Below are positions 60,201-64,000 of a stretch of 64,000 nucleotides of DNA, in pieces. The stretch spans positions 45,052,145-45,116,144 of the forward strand of contig NC_068982.1 of NCBI RefSeq assembly GCF_001194135.2, read 5' to 3'. The stretch comes from Octopus bimaculoides. Lineage: Eukaryota. Position 1 is the first letter of the stretch. Every line of letters starts with the position of its first letter. A program made the translations under genes and the position numbers. Under the pieces are notes generated by a model. The model was not told the origin of the DNA. It was given only the letters and a program-made list of their open reading frames with translations, and did no database searches.

Positions 60201-62805
60201 ACATTGACCACAGTGCTCAACTGGTACTTATTTTATCAACCCCAGAAGGATGAAATGTGAAGTCAACCTCAGCAAAATTTGTGCTTAGAAGATAAAGATG
60301 GATGAAATGCTGATAAGCATTTTGCCTGGCATGCTAACAATTCTGCCAGCTCGCTGTTCTAGTATGAGAAAATATTAAGTTTATTTTCTTCTTAAATCTA
60401 TAAAAATCTATTTCATTTGCAATGAAAAATTAAGAAATGCAATTAAATAAATTTACCTGTTCCACTCCAAGGGAGAGTGGGAACACCAGCAGTCTGTGCC
60501 ACAATGGTTGATGCTATCTTATCTCCAAGGGCCCACATGGCCCCTTCTGGTGGTCCTGTAATAAACAATTTATTGTTTAGCATCCAAAAGAATATAAAAT
60601 AACCATTTGAATATCTTGCGAAATTAATACGAAATAAAAATCACTGGTATACTTTAATTACTTTCTTCATGCATAAAATTAATTACAGTCACTAGCACAT
60701 TACCTAACTTTTGAGAAATAATCCAATCAAAAAATAACTTTCTTTATTAACACATAAGGCCTATTTTAAAAGATATTGAAGTCAATTCAGAATGACTTCA
60801 GTAACTTTTTCTTGTATTTTTTATTTCATCAAGATCATTAAGATTAAAACCACAACTGTGAAGTACCAAATATATGTCATTCACACCAAATTACCCATGC
60901 TGAAGAGAATCATTATAAATAATTTTGAGATTTAAAATAGAAGTATCAAACAGCAGTATATCATTTTATATAACAGGAGCAGACAAAGTTGTGTGGTTAG
61001 GAAATTTGCTTCCCAATCACATATTTTCAGGTACAGTTCCACTAAGGACAAGTGTCTTCTACTATAGCCTTAAGTGGACTGAGTGCTTTTTACATGGTAC
61101 CAGCATCGGTGAAGTCAGTTTCAGATTAGTTTTTACGGCTGGGTACCCTTCCTAATGCCAATCACTTTACAGTGTGGACTGGATGCTTTATACATAGTAT
61201 TAGCACTGGTGAGGTTACCAAGTAACTTGCAAGTAAAGATCCTTTGTAGTGGTGGTGGTACTGGAGAAGGTGGCCTTGTGCCAAGAGTGTGACAGAGGGA
61301 CAGAAACAAATGTCTCGCTGAAGAGGAGATATATGGTTACCAAGTCAGAGCAAAAGAGGGGGGAGAAAGAGAATGTCGAAGAGAGCAATAGAGAGTATGG
61401 AAGAGAGCAAAAGTGTGAGAGTGCAAGAGAGAGAAAGAGAATATCTTTCTCTATATAAATGAGGCAATATAGCTAACAGTGATTAAATTTCTTTAATGAT
61501 TCTATCGAAAATCTCAGAGATATTTACCAATGAATGTTATTCCGTGTTTATGAAGTAGCTCTGGAAGTCGAGGATTTTCTGAAGCATGGCCCCAACCAGC
61601 CCAAACTGCCTGAAAATTAACAATAAAGAGGTAAGAAATTACAATATAATAAAAAAAAATTACTCATTACAACAATAAGAAAAATTACAAGTATTTTTTT
61701 AAAAAAACTATCATTTCTCTCTAAAAAAATAACCACTCACTCACACATACACAATAATCATCATCATAATCAATGTCATTGTTTTAACACCCACTTTTCC
61801 ATACTTGTGCAGGTTGGACAGTTTATTGAAGAAAAAATTTTCTACAACCAGATGCTCTTCCTGTCACCAAGCCTCATCTGTTTCTAAGCACTATAATATT
61901 TCCCCATTTCCAGATATCCTTTACTAATGACTGCAGCCATACTGGGGCACCACCTTGAAAAATATTTAGCCAAATGAATCAACCCCAGTACTTGTTATTT
62001 ATTTTAAAGCCTGGTACATATTCTATTGGTCTCTTTTTTGCCGAACTGCTAAGTTACTGAAACGTAAGCACACCAGCATTGGTTGTCAGGCAGTGGTAGA
62101 AGACAAACAGACACAAAGGCACACACAGAGATACATATATACACATATACAATGGGATTCTTCTAGTTTCCATCTACCAAATCCATTCACAAGGCTTTGG
62201 TCAGCTCAAAGCTATAGAAGATATTTGCCCAAGGTGCTACACACAGGGACTGAACCCAGAACCATGTGGTCAGGAAGCAAACTTCCCACCAAATCAATTA
62301 CACTTTACACTACTTGTATGATATTGACACTCATCTACAACATCTCTCACACACACACACACACACAAACAAACAAACAAACAAAGGACTTCTTTCAGTT
62401 TCCATCTACTAAATCTACTCACAAGGCTTTGGTCAACCCATAAATACACATATCCACTTTGAGCAGGAGAGATCCACTGCAAGCCTTATTTCTCTCCGGT
62501 TCAGGAGAGAACTAAAAACTGCAGTGGTTCTCTCCTACTCACTGTACCACACTGCCCATATAACAGAGGATGGTATTGGACATACTGATATTCAATCCCC
62601 CAGCACCATAAAACACTCTCAAAATGCATTAGCCAAACCAATACACCTGATCAAAGATCCAAACCAAACACATATCCAAATAATTTACTACTTACTTGCA
62701 CCTGTGTCCGTTTAGCAATGTCCAAAATAAGTTCTACATTGGCATAATTATTATGATTTGATCCTCCTTGAACTGGAACGTACTGGTCACCCATACGTAT
62801 GTATT
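416..62805 (-). CDS. ACC: Acetyl-CoA carboxylase gene, partial (46 exons in window; 5' and 3' exons outside)
   Basis: 46 exons with AG/GT (one GC) boundaries join phase-compatibly into 5468 nt with no stop. Motifs: [63 protein letters not shown]. Confidence 0.98.
2105..2195 (-). CDS. ACC: ACC exon 45
   Basis: [29 protein letters not shown](R); 91 nt. Confidence 0.96.
2515..2830 (-). mobile_element. Family B (RTE-type 3' tail) repeat
   Basis: (CAT)n then TTTAATGTC..CCATGCTGGCATGGGTT motif. Confidence 0.8.
3355..3760 (+). mobile_element. Two family B copies (3355-3535, 3565-3760)
   Basis: GTAAAAAGCACCCAG...GGAAGGGCATCC...CCATGCCAGCATGG...(GAT)n. Confidence 0.8.
3892..4012 (-). CDS. ACC: ACC exon 44
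   Basis: [40 protein letters not shown]; 121 nt. Confidence 0.95.
4135..4585 (-). mobile_element. SINE family D
   Basis: Head at about 4585 (CTTAACCACACAGCCATGC on plus strand), body toward 4135. Confidence 0.75.
4741..4884 (-). CDS. ACC: ACC exon 43
   Basis: [26 protein letters not shown]...[18 protein letters not shown]; 144 nt. Confidence 0.97.
5336..5410 (+). mobile_element. Old degenerate 3' fragment of a family C-like element with hammerhead-like core
   Basis: GACAC-CUGAAGA-A-GGCUG...CACCC-AAAA-UG-UA-GUG, followed by a CAAGATGTGGAC match to the family C tail. Confidence 0.6.
5470..5703 (+). mobile_element. Family B repeat
   Basis: Same motifs as the other family B copies. Confidence 0.85.
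6194..6304 (-). CDS. ACC: ACC exon 42
   Basis: [37 protein letters not shown]; 111 nt. Confidence 0.97.
6405..6790 (+). mobile_element. tRNA-headed SINE family D with internal (TG)n and a family B-like tail
   Basis: GCTGTGTGGTTAA head, GGTTCAG B-box-like motif, tail ending GGATGTTAAATG(TATGATGATG). Confidence 0.75.
7567..7664 (-). CDS. ACC: ACC exon 41
   Basis: [32 protein letters not shown]; 98 nt. Confidence 0.97.
9240..9870 (+). mobile_element. RTE LINE 3' end: ORF terminus plus 3' UTR (family B sequence, partly duplicated)
   Basis: [48 protein letters not shown], stop 9436-9438, continuing into family B sequence. Confidence 0.85.
9987..10107 (-). CDS. ACC: ACC exon 40
   Basis: [40 protein letters not shown](G); 121 nt. 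Confidence 0.96.
10253..10469. mobile_element. Tc1/mariner-type MITE
   Basis: CGAGGGGGTGCTGAAAAGT / ACTTTTCAGCACCCCCTTG TIRs; second copy at 42253-42469. Confidence 0.8.
10674..10811 (-). CDS. ACC: ACC exon 39
   Basis: [46 protein letters not shown]; 138 nt. Confidence 0.97.
11297..11428 (-). CDS. ACC: ACC exon 38
   Basis: [44 protein letters not shown]; 132 nt. Confidence 0.97.
11880..12026 (-). CDS. ACC: ACC exon 37
   Basis: ALMKLWQEY...[22 protein letters not shown]; 147 nt. Confidence 0.95.
12666..12821 (-). CDS. ACC: ACC exon 36 (start of carboxyltransferase)
   Basis: [15 protein letters not shown]...[33 protein letters not shown]; 156 nt. Confidence 0.96.
13420..13647. mobile_element. 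piggyBac-type MITE
   Basis: TTAA at both ends; TIR TTAACCCTTTCGTTAC / GTAATGAAAGGGTTAA. Confidence 0.85.
14990..15240 (-). mobile_element. Decayed LINE 3' end (RTE-like)
   Basis: Translates with stops to [11 protein letters not shown]...[13 protein letters not shown], typical of RTE C-termini. Confidence 0.6.
15360..15471 (-). CDS. ACC: ACC exon 35
   Basis: [37 protein letters not shown]; 112 nt. Confidence 0.95.
15591..15904. mobile_element. hAT (Charlie-like) MITE
   Basis: CAGTGTTTCCCAAC / TTGAGAATCACTA termini; 8-bp TSD GTCTAAAT at 15583-15590 and 15905-15912. Confidence 0.85.
16175..16935 (+). mobile_element. SINE family A interrupted by nested B and C insertions (A = 16175-16307 plus 16843-16935)
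   Basis: The two halves join into a continuous family A sequence across the duplicated TCAATAAATTAA. Confidence 0.85.
16489..16842 (+). mobile_element. Family C element with a short inverted 3' arm upstream of the tRNA head
   Basis: Inverted arm about 16489-16568; head starts 16571; CTGATGA 16730-16736; bounded by TAAATTAA repeats at 16481-16488 and 16847-16854. Confidence 0.85.
16984..17075 (-). CDS. ACC: ACC exon 34
   Basis: [30 protein letters not shown](R); 92 nt. Confidence 0.96.
17224..17640 (-). mobile_element. Long young family B copy with tandem subrepeats
   Basis: (CAT)nCGTTTAACGTCCGCTTTCCATGCTAGCATGGG..., repeated TTTTACATGCCACC units. Confidence 0.88.
18124..18195 (-). CDS. ACC: ACC exon 33
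   Basis: [24 protein letters not shown]; 72 nt. Confidence 0.95.
18464..18553 (-). CDS. ACC: ACC exon 32
   Basis: [30 protein letters not shown]; 90 nt. Confidence 0.96.
19373..19620. mobile_element. hAT MITE related to 34157-34505, right end damaged
   Basis: CAGTGGTTCTCAAC ... GTTGAGAACCAG. Confidence 0.75.
19972..20049 (-). CDS. ACC: ACC exon 31
   Basis: [26 protein letters not shown]; 78 nt. Confidence 0.96.
20609..20746 (-). CDS. ACC: ACC exon 30
   Basis: [46 protein letters not shown]; 138 nt. Confidence 0.97.
21617..21835 (-). mobile_element. SINE family A
   Basis: Reverse complement of 28528-28745. Confidence 0.85.
22080..22121 (-). CDS. ACC: ACC exon 29
   Basis: [14 protein letters not shown]; 42 nt. 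Confidence 0.94.
22235..22585 (+). mobile_element. SINE family D
   Basis: Diverged head, (TG)n, body ending CCCCAGCATGGC. Confidence 0.7.
22815..22871 (-). CDS. ACC: ACC exon 28
   Basis: [19 protein letters not shown]; 57 nt. Confidence 0.93.
23405..23600 (-). mobile_element. Family B repeat
   Basis: Family B motifs. Confidence 0.8.
24217..24330 (-). CDS. ACC: ACC exon 27
   Basis: [38 protein letters not shown]; 114 nt. Confidence 0.92.
24477..24582 (-). CDS. ACC: ACC exon 26
   Basis: [35 protein letters not shown]; 106 nt. Confidence 0.88.
24775..24955 (-). mobile_element. SINE family A
   Basis: Reverse-complement match to family A. Confidence 0.85.
24994..25219. mobile_element. piggyBac-type MITE
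   Basis: TTAACCCTTTTGATACC ... GGTAACAAAAGGGTTAA. Confidence 0.8.
26000..26330 (-). mobile_element. Decayed LINE reverse transcriptase fragment
   Basis: Frameshifted VDLEKAFNQV motif near 26055-26090 on the minus strand. Confidence 0.5.
26758..26892 (-). CDS. ACC: ACC exon 25 (central-domain regulatory loop region)
   Basis: [44 protein letters not shown](E); 135 nt; C-terminal half matches the QRMGxMVxF region of ACC. Confidence 0.9.
27630..27772 (-). mobile_element. SINE family A (internally deleted)
   Basis: Head and tail present, centre missing. Confidence 0.75.
28235..28333. repeat. (TA)n/(TG)n compound microsatellite abutting a gap
   Basis: Direct reading. Confidence 0.95.
28334..28508. 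other. Assembly gap (175 N)
   Basis: N run. Confidence 1.
28528..28745 (+). mobile_element. tRNA-derived SINE family A, near full length
   Basis: Head GGCGGCATGCTGGTAGAAACGTTAG...GAGTTCAAATT; central CCTTTCATCCTTTCGGGGTCAATAAATTAAGTACCAG; end GGCCTTGTGCC. Confidence 0.88.
29194..29377. mobile_element. Foldback Tc1/mariner-type MITE with 71-bp TIRs
   Basis: TA-CAGTGTAC...GTACACTG-TA; arms 29194-29264 and 29307-29377. Confidence 0.88.
29505..29860 (-). mobile_element. Two tandem SINE family D heads separated by (TA)n
   Basis: CCAAATCCACTCACAAGGCTTTGGTCAGCCCG...CTTACCACACAGCC present twice. Confidence 0.85.
30900..31100 (-). mobile_element. SINE family A
   Basis: Reverse-complement match to family A. 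Confidence 0.8.
31768..32292. mobile_element. Head-to-head inverted dimer of a tRNA-headed, hammerhead-motif-bearing short element (family C)
   Basis: Left arm 31768-32029 is the reverse complement of right arm 32031-32292. A-box 32038-32048, B-box 32081-32092. CTGATGA 32207-32213, GAAA 32235-32238. Flanking direct repeat CTCTAAATAT at 31758-31767 and 32293-32302. Confidence 0.85.
32202..32244 (+). ncRNA. Minimal type I hammerhead ribozyme-like motif (this copy lacks the cleavage triplet)
   Basis: GACAC-CUGAUGA-A-GGCCG(loop)CAGCC-GAAA-C-GUGUU; stem I GACAC/GUGUU; stem II 4 of 5 bp. Confidence 0.6.
34157..34505. mobile_element. hAT (Charlie-like) MITE
   Basis: CAGGAGTTCGCAAC / GTTGAGAACCACTG; 8-bp TSD GGATAGAT at 34149-34156 and 34506-34513. 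Confidence 0.88.
36726..36740 (-). CDS. ACC: Candidate 15-nt cassette microexon of ACC (adds LTHPG)
   Basis: Long poly-U tract then gactttcAG|GTTGACTCATCCTGG|GTAAGT; symmetric phase 2-2, in frame between exons 24 and 25; no transcript evidence available. Confidence 0.65.
37910..38150 (-). mobile_element. SINE family A
   Basis: Reverse-complement match to family A. Confidence 0.8.
38217..38335 (-). CDS. ACC: ACC exon 24
   Basis: [39 protein letters not shown](R); 119 nt, ends phase 2. Confidence 0.96.
38718..39078 (-). mobile_element. Young full-length tRNA-derived SINE (family E)
   Basis: tRNA-like head at right end, (CAA)n tail; 14-bp TSD AGGAATAATGAACT at 38704-38717 and 39079-39092. Confidence 0.92.
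39316..39405 (-). CDS. ACC: ACC exon 23
   Basis: [30 protein letters not shown]; 90 nt. Confidence 0.95.
39423..39560. repeat. (AAT)n microsatellite
   Basis: About 135 bp of interrupted AAT repeats. Confidence 0.95.
39759..39872 (-). CDS. ACC: ACC exon 22
   Basis: [38 protein letters not shown]; 114 nt. Confidence 0.95.
40121..40550 (+). mobile_element. Tandem pair of piggyBac-type MITEs (second family)
   Basis: TTAACCCTTTAGCATTT...GCTAAAGGGTTAA (40121-40340), immediately followed by a second copy lacking its left end. Confidence 0.82.
40621..40734 (-). CDS. ACC: ACC exon 21
   Basis: [38 protein letters not shown]; 114 nt. Confidence 0.95.
42016..42140 (-). CDS. ACC: ACC exon 20
   Basis: [41 protein letters not shown]; 125 nt. 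Confidence 0.95.
42253..42469. mobile_element. Tc1/mariner-type MITE (same family as 10253)
   Basis: Colinear with 10253-10469; right end followed by TA. Confidence 0.78.
42473..42995. other. Assembly gap (523 N)
   Basis: N run; flanking exons 19 and 20 join in frame (FQH|GHYDK), so no coding exon appears to be missing. Confidence 1.
42996..43232 (-). mobile_element. RTE LINE 3' end, cut by assembly gap
   Basis: [58 protein letters not shown]. Confidence 0.85.
43452..43679 (-). mobile_element. piggyBac-type MITE, inverted relative to 40121 and 47707
   Basis: TTAACCCTTTAGC ... GCGAAAAGGTTAA; interior is the reverse complement of the 40121 copy. Confidence 0.8.
43733..43821 (-). CDS. ACC: ACC exon 19
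   Basis: [29 protein letters not shown](G); 89 nt. Confidence 0.95.
43995..44095 (-). CDS. ACC: ACC exon 18
   Basis: [33 protein letters not shown](R); 101 nt. Confidence 0.95.
44726..44845 (-). CDS. ACC: ACC exon 17
   Basis: [40 protein letters not shown]; 120 nt. Confidence 0.95.
45175..45350 (-). mobile_element. Family B repeat
   Basis: Family B motifs. Confidence 0.8.
45790..46005 (-). CDS. ACC: ACC exon 16 (central domain)
   Basis: AELYDGSLP...KLHQVF...[16 protein letters not shown]; 216 nt. Confidence 0.95.
46108..46198 (-). CDS. ACC: ACC exon 15
   Basis: [30 protein letters not shown]; 91 nt. Confidence 0.95.
46312..46440 (-). CDS. ACC: ACC exon 14 (biotin carboxyl carrier; biotinylated Lys codon 46347-46349)
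   Basis: [42 protein letters not shown]; 129 nt. Confidence 0.97.
46745..47135. mobile_element. Two opposed partial SINE family A copies (46745-46920 minus; 47040-47135 plus)
   Basis: Family A motifs in opposite orientations. Confidence 0.7.
47707..47933 (+). mobile_element. piggyBac-type MITE
   Basis: TTAACCCTTTAGCATTTAAACCAGCC...AAGTTAA. Confidence 0.82.
48010..48150 (-). CDS. ACC: ACC exon 13
   Basis: [46 protein letters not shown](R); 141 nt. Confidence 0.96.
48299..48369 (-). CDS. ACC: ACC exon 12
   Basis: [23 protein letters not shown](R); 71 nt. Confidence 0.94.
49330..49520 (+). mobile_element. Family B repeat
   Basis: Family B motifs with (GAT)n tail. Confidence 0.8.
49590..49950 (-). 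mobile_element. Two adjacent SINE family A copies
   Basis: Matches at 49590-49795 and 49812-49950. Confidence 0.75.
49998..50079 (-). CDS. ACC: ACC exon 11 (BT domain)
   Basis: [27 protein letters not shown]; 82 nt. Confidence 0.94.
51532..51635 (-). CDS. ACC: ACC exon 10
   Basis: [34 protein letters not shown](R); 104 nt; weak donor GTCTGA. Confidence 0.92.
51690..51905 (-). mobile_element. SINE family A
   Basis: Reverse-complement match to family A. Confidence 0.85.
52420..52590 (+). mobile_element. Family B repeat
   Basis: Family B motifs. Confidence 0.8.
52928..53078 (-). CDS. ACC: ACC exon 9
   Basis: [22 protein letters not shown]...[13 protein letters not shown]; 151 nt. Confidence 0.96.
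53320..53670 (+). mobile_element. SINE family D
   Basis: CAGTCCCACTGCATAGCACCTTGGGCAAGTGTCTTCTACTATAG motif and body. Confidence 0.8.
53725..53888 (-). CDS. ACC: ACC exon 8
   Basis: [26 protein letters not shown]...[18 protein letters not shown](E); 164 nt. Confidence 0.96.
54525..54686 (-). CDS. ACC: ACC exon 7
   Basis: [18 protein letters not shown]...[15 protein letters not shown]; 162 nt. Confidence 0.96.
55525..55805 (-). mobile_element. Older SINE sharing the family E 3' body
   Basis: Diverged match to the GAACAGCCTGCTCGTGAAATTAACGTGCAAGTGGCTGAGC region; different tRNA-like head. Confidence 0.7.
56036..56424 (-). mobile_element. Young full-length tRNA-derived SINE (family E)
   Basis: Close match to 38718-39078; 12-bp TSD CTGCAAATGAAT at 56024-56035 and 56425-56436. 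Confidence 0.92.
56499..56669 (-). CDS. ACC: ACC exon 6
   Basis: [21 protein letters not shown]...[28 protein letters not shown]; 171 nt. Confidence 0.96.
57172..57375 (+). mobile_element. SINE family A
   Basis: Head, central domain and GGCCTTGTGCC end. Confidence 0.85.
57496..57705 (-). CDS. ACC: ACC exon 5 (ends at GC donor)
   Basis: [15 protein letters not shown]...[30 protein letters not shown]; 210 nt; frame requires AAG|GCAGGT donor. Confidence 0.92.
58623..58843 (-). CDS. ACC: ACC exon 4 (ATP-grasp Gly-rich loop)
   Basis: [23 protein letters not shown]...[32 protein letters not shown]; 221 nt. Confidence 0.96.
60143..60355 (-). mobile_element. SINE family A
   Basis: Reverse-complement match to family A. 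Confidence 0.85.
60457..60555 (-). CDS. ACC: ACC exon 3
   Basis: [32 protein letters not shown]; 99 nt. Confidence 0.96.
61528..61609 (-). CDS. ACC: ACC exon 2
   Basis: [27 protein letters not shown](G); 82 nt. Confidence 0.96.
61925..62290 (-). mobile_element. SINE family D
   Basis: Head at right end, body at left. Confidence 0.8.
62696..62805 (-). CDS. ACC: ACC exon 1 in window (biotin carboxylase)
   Basis: (E)[36 protein letters not shown]; tttAG/GTAAG; 110 nt. Confidence 0.95.
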
Positions 62806-63424
62806 CTAAAATATATAACAAACTAAATTTGTTAACAGTATCATGAGCATCACAACTTTTTATTTCTCCTCAGCTTAAAAATTTTCAAGTGACAAGTCTA
62901 AATATATAAATATATAGCAAATTCAAATAAACAAACAATTCAAGTAAATGAATAAAAAACAACAAAAGCGAATGTGAGGACATGCACAAGAAATGTATTA
63001 GCTTGACGTTCAATGAAAGGAGAGAGTTTGATGTTTCGAACATAGCTTATCATCGGAAAGGAGAAAGGGAAAAGTCCAAAGATGGAAATTGCCAACGACA
63101 TACATGTAGTTACATTGCTCACATACACATACATATTTAATCATATATATATATAAAATATTGCTGTTCTGTCTTCAGGTAATATTACAGTGACAGACAT
63201 TACACTCATAATGCAACACAGGTTACAACACAGTGCACAAGTTATTCCTAATGACTTTCTGTCATCATTTTTTTTTCCCAATTTTCTATGCTTGCATGGG
63301 TCAGACAAATTTGATGAGGTAGATTATTTTCTACAGTCAGGTGCATGTGCACATACACAGAGACGTGCATATGCACACATACAGAGATGTGCATACACAC
63401 ACACAAACATGCACATACATGTAT

Positions 63425-63590
63425 GACAGGATTCTTTCAGTTTCCATCTACCAAATCCACTCACAAGGCTTTGGTAAGCTTAGGAATATAGCAAAAGTCA
63501 TTTGCCCAAGGTACCACACAGTGGGACTGAACTCATAACCATGTGGTTGGGGATTAAACTTCTTAACCACACAGCCACACCTGCACCTTT
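63425..63590 (-). mobile_element. SINE family D head
   Basis: Match to 29505-29665. Confidence 0.85.
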
Positions 63591-63593
63591 GTG

Positions 63594-63636
<43 letters not shown>

Positions 63637-64000
63637 ATCATAGTCCTCCAGGCGATCACAGAGTAGTTCAAGACAGGTTGCCCCTGGGAGCTCCTCTATG
63701 CTGATGACCTTGCACTAATTGCAGAGTCACTATCAGAACTAGAGGAGAAGTTTCAGGTGTGGAAGCAGGGACTAGAATCGAAAGGCCTTAGAGTCAACCT
63801 AACTAAAACCAAAATCCTAATAAGTAAGAAGGTAGATAAAACACAAACCCCTTCAGGCAGATGGCCCTGCTCAGTATGTAGAAAAGGAGTAGGTAGTAAC
63901 TCTATAAGATGTACCCGGTGCAAGCTATGGACACATAAGAGGTGCAGCAATATCAAAGGCAGGTTAACTAGGAAGTTAGTTTTTGTATGTGGCAGATGTT
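63637..64000 (+). mobile_element. RTE-clade LINE reverse transcriptase fragment (5'-truncated at a (TG)n tract, runs off window)
   Basis: IIVLQAITE*FKTGCPWELLYADDLALIAES...GLRVNLTKTKIL...WPCSVCRKGVGSNSIRCTRCKLWTHKRC; YADD at 63697-63708; one stop at 63664-63666. Confidence 0.92.

Noticed and set aside
1-64000. CRISPR arrays, rRNA genes or prokaryotic operons
   Set aside because: Eukaryotic intron-exon DNA; no regularly spaced repeat-spacer structure or rRNA motifs seen.

Overview
AT-rich, intron-rich animal genomic DNA. The repeat landscape suggests an octopod cephalopod (inference). Almost the whole window is one gene on the minus strand: acetyl-CoA carboxylase (ACC, ACACA/ACACB orthologue). 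I traced 46 exons from 62805 down to 416 that splice phase-compatibly into one open frame of 5468 nt (about 1822 codons). This covers biotin carboxylase, BT, the biotin-carrier EVMKM motif, the central domain and much of the carboxyltransferase. The N- and C-terminal exons lie outside the window. One intron must be GC-AG. The largest intron (11.3 kb) sits where mammalian ACACA has its 24-nt cassette exon and holds a well-signalled in-frame 15-nt microexon candidate plus weaker ones. Introns are packed with tRNA-headed SINEs, RTE LINE fragments, piggyBac-, hAT- and Tc1/mariner-type MITEs and microsatellites, and there are two assembly gaps. The most unusual signal is a tRNA-headed short element whose 3' part carries a minimal type I hammerhead-ribozyme core. 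It inserts with an inverted copy of itself upstream (two independent insertions, each bounded by a direct repeat), which suggests a SINE mobilised by Penelope-like elements. No single copy here has a fully intact catalytic core. Repeat boundaries are approximate unless TSD/TIR positions are given.
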